NCBI GenBank assembly: GCA_963716745.1
Contig: OY970320.1
Location: 480,001-544,000, forward strand
Source of the DNA: an uncultured Gemmatimonadaceae bacterium
GTDB taxonomy: Bacteria; Gemmatimonadota; Gemmatimonadetes; Gemmatimonadales; Gemmatimonadaceae
Length of the DNA stretch: 64,000 bases
Direction: 5' to 3'
Positions 21,063 to 30,260 of this stretch are shown piece by piece. Positions within the stretch are counted from its first letter, which is position 1; each line of letters begins with the position of its first letter. Below the pieces are notes generated by a model. That model was given only the letters and a program-made list of their open reading frames with translations, had not been told where the DNA came from and made no database searches. A program made the position numbers and the translations under genes.

Positions 21063-24000
21063 ATGATCCCACATCGTCCGATCGCCTTGGCCATTCTCGC
21101 TGCCGGGCTGCTGGTCGCCCCAGCATCGGTCAACGCGCAGCAGCCCTCCACCACCCTCGACTCGGCGACCCTGTCCTTCTTCGGCTGGCGCAACGTGGGC
21201 CCCGCCGACATGGGCGGACGCGTGGCGGACATCGCCGGCATCCCGAGCCCGTCCAAGACGTTCTACGTCGCCGCGGCCGGCGGCGGCATTTGGAAGACCA
21301 CGAACGCGGGCACGACCTTCCGCCCGGTGTTCGACTCGCAGCGCGTGGTGTCGATGGGCGCGCTCGCGATCGCGCCGTCGGATACGAACCAGGTGTGGGC
21401 CGGCACCGGCGAACAGAACACGCGCAATTCGATCTCGCCCGGCGGCGGCATTTACAAGAGCACCGACGGCGCGAAGACGTGGAAGCTGATGGGCCTCGAG
21501 AAGACGCAGCAGATCGGGCGCATTGTGGTGCACCCGACGAATCCTGACATCGTCTACGTTGCCGCACTCGGCCACGCGTGGGACGCGAATCCCGAGCGCG
21601 GCCTGTACAAGACCACCGACGGCGGCAAGACCTGGCAGCTCATCAAGTTCGTGAGCGATAAGGCGGGCTTCATCGATGTCGCGATGGATCCCAGCAACCC
21701 CGACATCCTGTACGCCACGAGCTACGAGCGCGTGCGCGGACCGTGGTTCCTCAAGAGCGGCGGCCCGGGCAGCGCGCTCTGGAAGACCACCGACGCCGGA
21801 AAGACCTGGACGAAGATCGAAGGCGGCGGGTTCCCCGCGACGATGCTCGGCCGGATCAACGTCGCGGTATCACGCAGCAATCCGAACGTCGTATACGCGC
21901 TGGTGGAAGCGGACTCGATCCGCACGGCGAACCACGCGCTGTTCTCGCCGGCGAGCGATTCCGTGACGGCCAAGGTGAAGGCGCCGGTGAAGCAGCGCCT
22001 GCTCAGCGGACTCTACCGCTCCGAGGACGCCGGCAAGACCTGGCGCTGGATGAACGACAGTGACGTGCGCCCGTTCTATTACTCGCAGGTGCGCGTCGAC
22101 CCCAAGCTGTCGAACCGCGTCTACTGGTCCTCGACGCCGGTGAATTTCTCCGATGACGGCGGCAAGACGGTGCGCACGGCGACGAACGGGATCCACGTGG
22201 ACCATCACGCGATGTGGATCGATCCGAACGACGGCGAGCACTTCGTGGTCGGCGACGACGGCGGCGTGTCGCAGACGTGGGACCGCGGCGGCAACTACGA
22301 TTTCCTGAACAAGATCGTGATCGGCCAGTTCTATGAAGTGAGCTACGACTTCGCGGTGCCGTATCGCGTGTGCGGCGGCCTGCAGGACAATGGCAGCTGG
22401 TGCGGACCGAGCCGCAAAGTGCGCTCGGCGATCACCAACTTCGACTGGTTCACCGTGGGCGGCGGCGACGGCTTCTACACGGCGCAGGATCCCAGCGATC
22501 CGAACATCATTTACGCCGAGTCGCAGGGAGGCAATATCCGCCGGCTCGACTATCGCACGGGCGAGAGCAAGCCACTGGTGAAGCCGTCGTGGCGTCCGAC
22601 GTACTTGCTCGTGGAGGACTCGATCCTCACCGATCGCGGCGACAGCACGAAGCCGGCGACGTCGGCGCAGAAGAAGCATTTGTCCGACCTCCGCGCCATG
22701 CAGGTGCGGGACTCGATGGACCTCGACATGCGCTTCAACTGGAACACGCCGTACTTCATCTCGCCGCATTCGCCGAGCACGATCTACGTCGGCGGTAATC
22801 GCGTTCTGCGGTCCAGCGATCGCGGCGAGAATCTCGTGGCGATCTCACCGGACCTCTCCACGCGCGACGCGGCGAAGATCCGTTGGAGCATCGATTCCAC
22901 CGGCGGCATCACGAACGACGCGACCGGCGCCGAGACCTACGGCACGATCACGACGCTGGCGGAGTCGTACATCCAGCCGGGGCTGCTGTTCGCGGGCACC
23001 GATGACGGCAATGTGTGGATCTCGCACAACGATGGCGCGGCGTGGGAGAATCTCACCGGGCGTTTCCCGGGCGTGCCGCCCAAGACCTACGTCGTGCGGA
23101 TCGAGCCGTCGCACGCCGACAGCGCGACGTTCTACGTGGCGTTCGAGGGTCATCGCACCAACGATTTCGCGCCGTATCTCTACATGACCACCGATTTCGG
23201 GAAGACGTTCAAGTCGATCGTGGCGAACCTGCCCACGGGCGGCCCGGACTTCCTGCACGTGATCCGCGAGGATCCGGTGAACAAGGACCTGCTGTACGTG
23301 GGCACCGACGTGGGCGCGTACGTCTCGCGGAATCGCGGGCAGAGCTGGCAGAAGTTCATGACGTCGCTGCCCACGGTGCCCGTGCACGATCTCAAGATCC
23401 ATCCGCGCGATCATGATCTCATCGCGGCGACGCATGGCCGCGGCATCTGGATCGCGGATGTGTCCGTGCTCCAGCAGCTCAATGACAGCAACTCGACGAA
23501 GGATGCGTACCTGTTCGCGCCGCGCACGGCTCGCGCGTTCGGCGAGGCGCCGGGCGCGGAGATCTCCGAGGGCCAAGGCACGTTCCAGGCGCGCAACCCG
23601 CCGTACGGCGCGGAGATCTCGTACCGGTTGGCGGGCGGCACGGCGAAGGACACCGTGAAGATCGTGATCACGAACTTGAAGGGCGACACGATCACAACGC
23701 TGAACGGCCGCGGCGGCGTAGGGATGCATCGCGTGACGTGGGACCTGAACGGCAAGCCGCCCAAGGCGAAGCCGCTCACGCCTGCTGGGCGCCGCGACAG
23801 TCTGATCACGGCCGGGAAGATCGATCATGTGCTCGATTCGCTCGAGAAAGCGGGCACGGCCACGAAGGCGGAGCTCGCGATCATTCGTGATCACATTGAC
23901 AAGGGCACGATATTCGACCTGTTGGGCGGCGCCGGCGGCGGCGGTGGCGGCGCGGGACGCAACACCGAGCGCTCGGGCGAAGGCCCGTTGCCGCGCGGAG

Positions 24001-24350
24001 TGGCAGGCGCCGGCCGTCGCGGCGGCGCGGCGGATACGACGAAGAAGGCCGGCGCGGATACGGCGAAGGCCGCGGGCGGCGCGGGTGCCGGCGGCGGTGC
24101 TGGTGCCGCGGAGCCGACCGTGAGCGAAGATGTGGCGCGTGAAGTGTTGACGGCGCTCCGCGCGGCGAAGGCGCTGCCCGGCGGCGGATTCGGCGGCCGG
24201 CGCGGCGGCGGACCCGTGGAAACGGGCGACTACATGGTCACGATGACATGGAAGGGCTCGGCGCAGCATCAGGTGCTGCGCGTGGAGAATCTCGTGGGCA
24301 GTGGAACGCAGATGGCGCCCGAGGATGACGAGGATCCGTTCGATCCGTAG
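21063..24350 (+). CDS. Secreted BNR/Asp-box (sortilin/VPS10-like) beta-propeller protein
   Basis: Signal peptide, WRNVGPADMGGRV, many [ST]xDxGxTW Asp-boxes. Confidence 0.9.
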   Translation: MIPHRPIALAILAAGLLVAPASVNAQQPSTTLDSATLSFFGWRNVGPADMGGRVADIAGIPSPSKTFYVAAAGGGIWKTTNAGTTFRPVFDSQRVVSMGALAIAPSDTNQVWAGTGEQNTRNSISPGGGIYKSTDGAKTWKLMGLEKTQQIGRIVVHPTNPDIVYVAALGHAWDANPERGLYKTTDGGKTWQLIKFVSDKAGFIDVAMDPSNPDILYATSYERVRGPWFLKSGGPGSALWKTTDAGKTWTKIEGGGFPATMLGRINVAVSRSNPNVVYALVEADSIRTANHALFSPASDSVTAKVKAPVKQRLLSGLYRSEDAGKTWRWMNDSDVRPFYYSQVRVDPKLSNRVYWSSTPVNFSDDGGKTVRTATNGIHVDHHAMWIDPNDGEHFVVGDDGGVSQTWDRGGNYDFLNKIVIGQFYEVSYDFAVPYRVCGGLQDNGSWCGPSRKVRSAITNFDWFTVGGGDGFYTAQDPSDPNIIYAESQGGNIRRLDYRTGESKPLVKPSWRPTYLLVEDSILTDRGDSTKPATSAQKKHLSDLRAMQVRDSMDLDMRFNWNTPYFISPHSPSTIYVGGNRVLRSSDRGENLVAISPDLSTRDAAKIRWSIDSTGGITNDATGAETYGTITTLAESYIQPGLLFAGTDDGNVWISHNDGAAWENLTGRFPGVPPKTYVVRIEPSHADSATFYVAFEGHRTNDFAPYLYMTTDFGKTFKSIVANLPTGGPDFLHVIREDPVNKDLLYVGTDVGAYVSRNRGQSWQKFMTSLPTVPVHDLKIHPRDHDLIAATHGRGIWIADVSVLQQLNDSNSTKDAYLFAPRTARAFGEAPGAEISEGQGTFQARNPPYGAEISYRLAGGTAKDTVKIVITNLKGDTITTLNGRGGVGMHRVTWDLNGKPPKAKPLTPAGRRDSLITAGKIDHVLDSLEKAGTATKAELAIIRDHIDKGTIFDLLGGAGGGGGGAGRNTERSGEGPLPRGVAGAGRRGGAADTTKKAGADTAKAAGGAGAGGGAGAAEPTVSEDVAREVLTALRAAKALPGGGFGGRRGGGPVETGDYMVTMTWKGSAQHQVLRVENLVGSGTQMAPEDDEDPFDP

Positions 24351-24372
24351 GCGATGCGTAGTGAGTGAATGA

Positions 24373-24403
24373 CAAAGGGCCTCCCGATTTCGGGAGGCCC
24401 TTT
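24373..24403. terminator. Bidirectional intrinsic terminator (original terminator of the tRNA operon)
   Basis: CAAAGGGCCTCCCGA-TT-TCGGGAGGCCCTTT hairpin between the BNR gene and the att copy. Confidence 0.8.
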
Positions 24404-24406
24404 GCG

Positions 24407-24461
24407 CAATGCCCAGGGCGGGACTCGAACCCGCACTCCGTTGCCGGAAGGGGATTTTAAG
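24407..24461 (-). repeat. att site copy (3' half of tRNA-Leu)
   Basis: Identical to 35276-35330; identity ends exactly after the anticodon loop CTTAAAA. Confidence 0.97.
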
Positions 24462-24545
24462 CGGCTGGCCCGGGGGGTCGGGAGAACATTACGGTTCCGT
24501 AGGAGCGCACAACAGGGCACCGGGGGGTACTCGCCGGAGGGTGTT

Positions 24546-24582
24546 GCGCCCATTCGAGCGCCCCATCGATTCGCACCCCTTC
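24546..24582 (+). repeat. Putative integrase arm-binding repeats (left arm)
   Basis: GCGCCCATTC, GCGCCCCATC and GCACCCCTTC; matches the repeats at 35218-35239. Confidence 0.7.
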
Positions 24583-24873
24583 CGCGCCGAGGTGCTGCGT
24601 GAGCACCCACGCGCGCTACCCGCACGGATTTCGTCTCGCCGCCGAGCTTCCCGCCGCCCCCGGCGCGCGGCGAGTCGAGGTCGCGTACTTCGACGCCACC
24701 GCGCGCGCGATCACCATTCGACGTCACCACAGGCCTCCCCACGACGCAGGACGCGCACGCGTTCGCGAAATGGGTCACGCGCTGTTCCGGCGTGCGCCGA
24801 CTCTCCGCACGGCGCGCTTGCACTTCTGCACGCGCTCTTGAAGTCCGAACCCACGCTCACCCCGAGGTAGATC

Positions 24874-25611
24874 ATGCGCATCCCGTTCATCTCCCCGCCC
24901 CGCGCGGCACCGACGACTCCACGTGGGCCGCCAGCGCGCCCGAGGACGATCAGGTCACGATACTCACCGCGCGGCTCGACGGCGCACGCGACGCACGCGA
25001 TACCGCCGCCGCGACGATCACCACGCTCCGCGCCGAGCGCGTGAAGCTCGCCTCGGTGGGCACCGACGCCGAGGCCGTCGTCGCGCTCGGCGACGCCATC
25101 AAGGCGCACGAGGATCAGCATGCGCTCGCCACCGAGGTGGCCGAGGCGCTGGAGGCCGAGTTGGCTCCGCTCCTCGCCGAGCAAGCCGCCGCACAGCGCA
25201 CGACCGCGCGCGCCGAGGCCGAGGAGCGCTATGCGAGTGGGCGCGCGGCGGCCATCGCATTCCGCGCCGCGCTCGATGACTTCCTCTCGGCGATGTGCGC
25301 CGAAATCGAGCGACATATCGCGGCGATCGATGCCGCCGACGCGTCGCTCGGTCACGCGGCGTTCGTGTTGAACGCGCACGGTGGCGCGGTGCCCGCCTCT
25401 CTCGGGGAGCTCGTCGCCATTCACGGCGGGCCTCGTCGGCGAACTGCGGCGGATCCCGGCGCGCTTCGCGGCCGAAAGGGCGCGCGTGGAGGGCACCGCG
25501 CGCGCGGAAGCGCACGCGGCGGCGTGGAAGGCCGAGCGCGAGGAGGAGCGGCGGCGCGTGATGGCCGAACGCCCAACGCCGCACGCCGGAGGCCCACCGC
25601 GCGCGGCATGA
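24874..25611 (+). CDS. Ala-rich coiled-coil hypothetical protein (apparent frameshifts)
   Basis: GAGG RBS before ATG 24874; helical segment in frame 24792..26141, C-terminus in frame 25381..25611. Confidence 0.5.
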
Positions 25612-25670
25612 CCCAGCACGGCTCCCGATGGTTCACGATCGATGCTTTCCCCTATGACAAGGAGCACCAC

Positions 25671-26141
25671 ATGAGCGGCAATTCAGCGGTGGCGTTCGCG
25701 AACAAGCTCGCGGGCGCGCAGATCAGCAAGGACACGCCCCTCACCACCCGCGCGCGCGATTTCACGTGGACGGTGCGGTTCTCGGACGGGAAGAAAACGG
25801 TCGTCGACTTGGCCTCGGCCCTCGCGATCGCGAAGGCAATCGACGCAGGCACGCGCACCGTGAAGGCGGCGGTGAGCGTGAGCGAGACGGTGGCGCTCGC
25901 GACGCGCCACGTGTGCTCGGTGGAAGTCGGCGTGGCCGAGCCGGGCGCGGTGAAGGAGACGCAGATCGGCTCCGTGAAGTTCAGCGACGGCACCGAGATG
26001 AACGTGACCTCGGAGTCGATCGCGGCCGTGATCAGCGCGATGACGGGCGGCGACGAGGGGGTGGAGATGGTCACGATCGGCTCGCGACAGATCGTCGCGA
26101 ACGTGGCGCAGATCGTGAGCGCGGCGCGGCCCGCGTCGTGA
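25671..26141 (+). CDS. Hypothetical protein with an internally duplicated V[RK]FSDG domain
   Basis: AAGGAG RBS; 156 aa; two similar ~55-aa halves. Confidence 0.75.
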   Translation: MSGNSAVAFANKLAGAQISKDTPLTTRARDFTWTVRFSDGKKTVVDLASALAIAKAIDAGTRTVKAAVSVSETVALATRHVCSVEVGVAEPGAVKETQIGSVKFSDGTEMNVTSESIAAVISAMTGGDEGVEMVTIGSRQIVANVAQIVSAARPAS

Positions 26142-26231
26142 TCGTGTACGACACGCGTCCCGGTTCGCCGCGTGGAGGGGCGGCCGGGCGCGTGGCAGTT
26201 CGCGCTTCTTCACTCTCACGCGAGGTGCACC

Positions 26232-26321
26232 ATGCCCGAGCAAGACGATAGCCCGAGCTTCAACTACGTGCCCGACGTGCCGCCGATCGTGGATCCGCCA
26301 CCGGACGATCCGCCGTCGTGA
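26232..26321 (+). CDS. 29-aa Pro/Asp-rich small protein
   Basis: GAGGTG RBS, MPEQDDSPSFNYVPDVPPIVDPPPDDPPS, GTGA overlap with the next gene. Confidence 0.5.
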   Translation: MPEQDDSPSFNYVPDVPPIVDPPPDDPPS

Positions 26322-26598
26322 TCGCTGAGCGCACGGTGGCGATGAGCCGGACGCGGTGCGAGTGGGCGATGCGGCACGAGGGACAACTAACCGCCCTCGC
26401 GCTCACCTTCGCGAGCACCATCGCCATCGTGCACGGCGACGTCGAGGTGAATGCGAAGCAAGCCACGGGCGTGCTTTCGCTCGCGCTCTACGTGGGCGAT
26501 CCGTGGGCCGCTCCTCGTGCGTGCGATCGGGCCGGGACGCCGACGCGGCGGTCGCCGCGACGGCCGCGCTGTTCGCGCATCCCGAGGCGCACGCGTGA
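26318..26598 (+). CDS. Hypothetical protein (apparent frameshift)
   Basis: GTGA overlaps at both ends; N-terminus from ORF 26318, C-terminus from ORF 26356..26598. Confidence 0.4.
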
Positions 26599-26991
26599 CG
26601 CCCTCGCGCTCTGTCTACGGCGCGTTCAGCGTCCCCGCCGAGGAGGGCGAGTACGCGCCGGAGCGCGTGACGTTCGCGCCGCCCTTCCCCGCATTGATCG
26701 GCTACAACGCGGCCGACTACACGGTGCGCACCGTGGGCGTCACCGTCATCGCGCCAGATGCGAGCGCGCCGCCCGTGCTCGATGTGTGGCTCCTCGACCC
26801 CGACGCGGATCCCGCCGAGGATGCGAGTTGGACGCTCTGGCCGGGCGCGATCGATCCGAGCGCGCGTCGGCGGCCGGGTGCTCCTCGGTACGCACGTCGG
26901 CGTCCAACTCCGCGCGCGGAGTTGTGGCACCCGCGCCCGGCTCGCGGTGCGCGCGCGATTCTTGGAGGACTTCCCGCCGTCGTGTAGCTGA
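26595..26991 (+). CDS. Beta-rich hypothetical protein (apparent frameshift)
   Basis: MTPSRSVYGAFSVPAEEGEY...VLDVWLLDP; likely continues in frame 26758..26991 (VGVQLRARS). Confidence 0.45.
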
Positions 26992-27002
26992 CGCTCCTCC
27001 GT

Positions 27003-27254
27003 TTACTTGTGGAAGATTGCAACCACCACGCCCGCCACCGTCGCGACGAAGATGGCGATGGTGGCCCACACGAGCCGCGCGTTGAGCTTTGCCGTCGTCT
27101 CGTCGTACGCGCGGATGCGCTCGGCGATGGCCTTCGTGCACTCCACGGGGACACGTAAGAAAGCTTGCATGACTTCCGCATCGCCCACACTCGGCATTGC
27201 CTTCACCTTCGCCAGCGCGTCGTCGATCGAGGCGAACAGCTTCGCGTTGTCCAT
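27003..27254 (-). CDS. Small protein with C-terminal TM helix
   Basis: Amphipathic helix then LVWATIAIFVATVAGVVVAIF. Confidence 0.7.
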   Translation of the reverse strand: MDNAKLFASIDDALAKVKAMPSVGDAEVMQAFLRVPVECTKAIAERIRAYDETTAKLNARLVWATIAIFVATVAGVVVAIFHK

Positions 27255-27290
27255 CGGGCCCTTTGTTGAAGGTGGAAGCCGAGCGCGCGC

Positions 27291-27512
27291 CTAGAAGTGC
27301 GACCCCGAGTACCACGCGCTCAGGACGAGCCACGCGATCACGCCGAGGAAAATCACCGCCACCGCGCACCCAACGAGATGCACCGGGTCGCTCAGGTTGA
27401 TGCCGGGCGGCTTCGCGGGCGTCGGCGGCTTCATCGGGTGGCCGCACTTGGGACAGCTCACCGCATCGCTGGAGATTTCGGTGCCGCACGACGGGCACGG
27501 GATGAGGGGCAT
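27291..27512 (-). CDS. Zinc-ribbon membrane protein
   Basis: MPLIPCPSCGTEISSDAVSCPKCG plus C-terminal TM. Confidence 0.85.
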   Translation of the reverse strand: MPLIPCPSCGTEISSDAVSCPKCGHPMKPPTPAKPPGINLSDPVHLVGCAVAVIFLGVIAWLVLSAWYSGSHF

Positions 27513-27534
27513 GGGTCGAGTGTGAGAGTGCGCG

Positions 27535-27825
27535 CTATCGGGGCGGCGCGACGGGCGGAGCGGCGGGCACACCGACGGGCTTGTCGGCGCTGTCGAGCAG
27601 TTGGCACTCGGGGCCACGCCCGTCGAGGGTCGTGACGAATCCGTCCGAGTAGATCCACGTGACCCGCTTCGGCTGGCGCTGTAGCCGCTCGGCCACGCCG
27701 GATTGCGGGAGCGCGAGCATGGCGGCGTCGCACGAGCCATAGGTGCGCCCATCCACCGCGACATGCGGCCCGCACGCACCAAGCGCGACGGTGACGATCG
27801 CTACGCCAACGATGGATCGATTCAC
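27535..27825 (-). CDS. Putative lipoprotein
   Basis: Signal peptide with LGAC lipobox; GGAG RBS upstream. Confidence 0.7.
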   Translation of the reverse strand: MNRSIVGVAIVTVALGACGPHVAVDGRTYGSCDAAMLALPQSGVAERLQRQPKRVTWIYSDGFVTTLDGRGPECQLLDSADKPVGVPAAPPVAPPR

Positions 27826-27895
27826 TCGGAGACTCCCTCGGCGCGGGTGCGGGAACGTGCGCCGCGCCGAAGCCGCTGTCTAGGGCGGTGCGCGA

Positions 27896-28543
27896 TCACG
27901 CGGGGAGTTCGCGCGGCTTGGGCGCGTGGATCTCCGCGAGGAGCGCCCCGAGTCGTTCCCCGTCCATCAACTCGATGCCGTGCTCATTTGCGAGCGCGAT
28001 CGCCGGGCCAGTGAACTCGACCGTCGTGACGTAAATCCCGCGCTCGGCGCGGTGATGCACCGCCAGCATGCCGATGAATTTCTGCATGTCGGGCGACCCG
28101 ACGCGAACGCCCCGGCCGAGCCGCTTGCACTGGACGACGACACTTCGGCCGCTCGGATCGATCGCCGAGAGATCGGCGGCGAGATCACCCGGCCGCCCGA
28201 CGTGTCGCACGTTCCGATACCCGAGGTCGGTGAGAAGGTCACCGATCGCGTGCTCAAACTCGGGCGGCGTAAGGCCGAACATGTCGTTCAGGTAACGCAG
28301 ATGCGAGCGTCGCCGTGCGCGCCACGCCTTCCGCGCGCGATACCCCGCGTAGGCGAGCGCGGCGAGGAGGATCCACGCGGCGACCTGTACGAGCGCCGGA
28401 TGGCCCGATCGGGCTTCGAGATTCTGGAACCACACGGCCGCGACAAGCACCGCCATCCACACCGCCGCGAGCGCGATGCCGAGCGTGATGATCCAACCGA
28501 AGATCGCGCTTTCGTGGCGCGTCAAGCGGCGGCGGCGACTCAT
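27896..28543 (-). CDS. Membrane-anchored Mrr-family restriction endonuclease
   Basis: Two N-terminal TM helices; LTPPEFE...LGY...ADL...VVVQCKR Mrr_cat motif, FT..AIALA, ELMDGERL. Confidence 0.88.
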   Translation of the reverse strand: MSRRRRLTRHESAIFGWIITLGIALAAVWMAVLVAAVWFQNLEARSGHPALVQVAAWILLAALAYAGYRARKAWRARRRSHLRYLNDMFGLTPPEFEHAIGDLLTDLGYRNVRHVGRPGDLAADLSAIDPSGRSVVVQCKRLGRGVRVGSPDMQKFIGMLAVHHRAERGIYVTTVEFTGPAIALANEHGIELMDGERLGALLAEIHAPKPRELPA

Positions 28544-29004
28544 GGCCGATGATGCTGCGCTCGGCACCGCGCGGCTAGAGGCGCGATAGACGCGATCGAC
28601 GGCGCGATCGCGGCCCGTCCTACGTCAACGTCGGGGCACGCGGCACAGGTTTACAGATGACACCTTACACGAGCGATGGTGTGATTCCACGACTTACACG
28701 CTCGATGTTCTCGGCTCGCGCTGGCGGCGTCCACTGTCGCTATGCGTCGCCCGCGACAGCCCTTGAAACGTCGCGGGATTCAGAAAGTGACCCCTCGCCG
28801 GAATCCGCTACTGCGACCCGGGCGCGATCATCGGCCCGCGCCGCGATTGCGAGCGTGCCCCGACGAGGCGATCTCTGCCCTCGTACGTCGCCGAGGCGGT
28901 ACTGATCCGCCCTCGGGGGCGAAGATGGCGGGACACACGGTGTCCGGCGCGGCACACGCGGGAAAGTCGCACCTAGTCGGAACCCGCCACGCCACGACGC
29001 TTGC

Positions 29005-29604
29005 TCAACCGAGGAACGAGACGCGCCCCGGCATGAAGACGTCGCCATTCTCATGAAACCTCCAGAGCGTGAACGCCGAGCCGCTCATGATATGCGCCTG
29101 AACGCCCATTACGATCCCGGCCAGCTCTTCTGCGCGCACCGTGAGCGCATTGAACTCGGCCGCCGTGTAGTCCAGAAGCGCCGGATTGTCGGGCGTGCCC
29201 GCGGCCCCGAACGCATGGCCGCTGACGCGTGAGAAGTCCGTGTCGCTCTCGGATCCCCACCCGACGTACCAGTGGCGGTGTAGCACGTTGTTCCGATCCT
29301 TAATCAGGCGATCGAGTCGGCCGAACACGTTCGCCATAATCTCGGCGTCGCGCTCCCCGGTGAATCCCGCCCGGCACTCCGCGACAACCTTGCAGAACTT
29401 CTTGAACACCGCCCCGGCCGTTTTCTTCGTGAGCGCGGCGCGGTCGATCGGCTGGAAGCGTCGGGAGTGCAATGTCGGAGCCGTGGTGATGGTCATCGCC
29501 ATCGTGGCCACCACGCGTTCGAACATGACCGCGAAGCGACCGATGGCTTCGTAGATCTCCCTTTCTTGCCGCACTCGGATTGCTTGCCGCTCAGTCTCGT
29601 CCAT
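29005..29604 (-). CDS. HEPN-domain protein (putative RNase)
   Basis: All-helical; N-terminal AIGRFAVMFE helix and RNNVLH (Rx4H) motif. Confidence 0.7.
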   Translation of the reverse strand: MDETERQAIRVRQEREIYEAIGRFAVMFERVVATMAMTITTAPTLHSRRFQPIDRAALTKKTAGAVFKKFCKVVAECRAGFTGERDAEIMANVFGRLDRLIKDRNNVLHRHWYVGWGSESDTDFSRVSGHAFGAAGTPDNPALLDYTAAEFNALTVRAEELAGIVMGVQAHIMSGSAFTLWRFHENGDVFMPGRVSFLG

Positions 29605-29615
29605 GACTCGGCGGC

Positions 29616-30260
29616 CTAGGCCTTGCGTTCTCCGCCCGCCGTGATCGCGCGCGCCACTTCGGAATCCGGCTCCGCTCGCGCGGGCGCAACCCCCTTGGGG
29701 GGCGAGAGTCGAGCGCGCGCTTTGACGCAGATCTCGTCCAGAAACCCCTTCGCCTCGGTGATCTCAGTTGCGAATCGCTTATGCTCGCCGGACGGCAGAT
29801 ATGAACGGTCGGCGGACGGGTCATGCGCATACGCCAGGCGCCTGCTCAGCCAAAGGAGGCGCTGAGTCGCAAATGCCGCGCGCATGGGGCCGCCCGGCAC
29901 GGCCGGCGCGAGGCGATTGAGCCGTTCGAGTTCCCACTCGAACCAACCCGAGGCTTCTCGAAGATTGGCGAGGGCGGTATGGCCCTCAATTTCCTCAAGT
30001 CTAACCATCAGAGTGACGCAGAGGGCTTCGAGCGCCTCCGCGTCGTTGCGTCGCGCCCCTTCAGCTTCCTCGCGTGCGACCCTCGCACTCTCCTCGGCGC
30101 TCTTGGCCAGATCGCGCGTGAGCCGTACGTACCACCATGTGAGCAGAACGAGAGCGACCGTCGCGGTGGCCGAAACCGCACCCGCGTTCGCGTTCAATCC
30201 GTTCACGAGCGCGGCGAGCACGCCGACGGCGAAGCGGTAGATCGTCTCGATGACGTTCAA
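29616..30260 (-). CDS. Hypothetical membrane-anchored protein
   Basis: TM helix AVSATATVALVLLTWWYV followed by coiled coil; TTG start overlaps the repressor stop. Confidence 0.7.
   Translation of the reverse strand: MNVIETIYRFAVGVLAALVNGLNANAGAVSATATVALVLLTWWYVRLTRDLAKSAEESARVAREEAEGARRNDAEALEALCVTLMVRLEEIEGHTALANLREASGWFEWELERLNRLAPAVPGGPMRAAFATQRLLWLSRRLAYAHDPSADRSYLPSGEHKRFATEITEAKGFLDEICVKARARLSPPKGVAPARAEPDSEVARAITAGGERKA

Noticed and set aside
24407..24461. Second tRNA-Leu gene
   Set aside because: Only the 3' half is present (no D-arm or 5' acceptor strand); it is the att duplication
24599..24870. First ORF inside the left att
   Set aside because: Probably coding, but the reading frame cannot be resolved (several plausible frames), so it is not listed as a feature
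24792..26141. Single 449-aa ORF in the element
   Set aside because: Internal strong RBS and ATG at 25671, plus a better C-terminus in frame 25381..25611, indicate separate genes joined by an indel
28657..29056. Short ORFs in the gap between the Mrr and HEPN genes
   Set aside because: No convincing RBS, low-complexity translation and mutually overlapping frames
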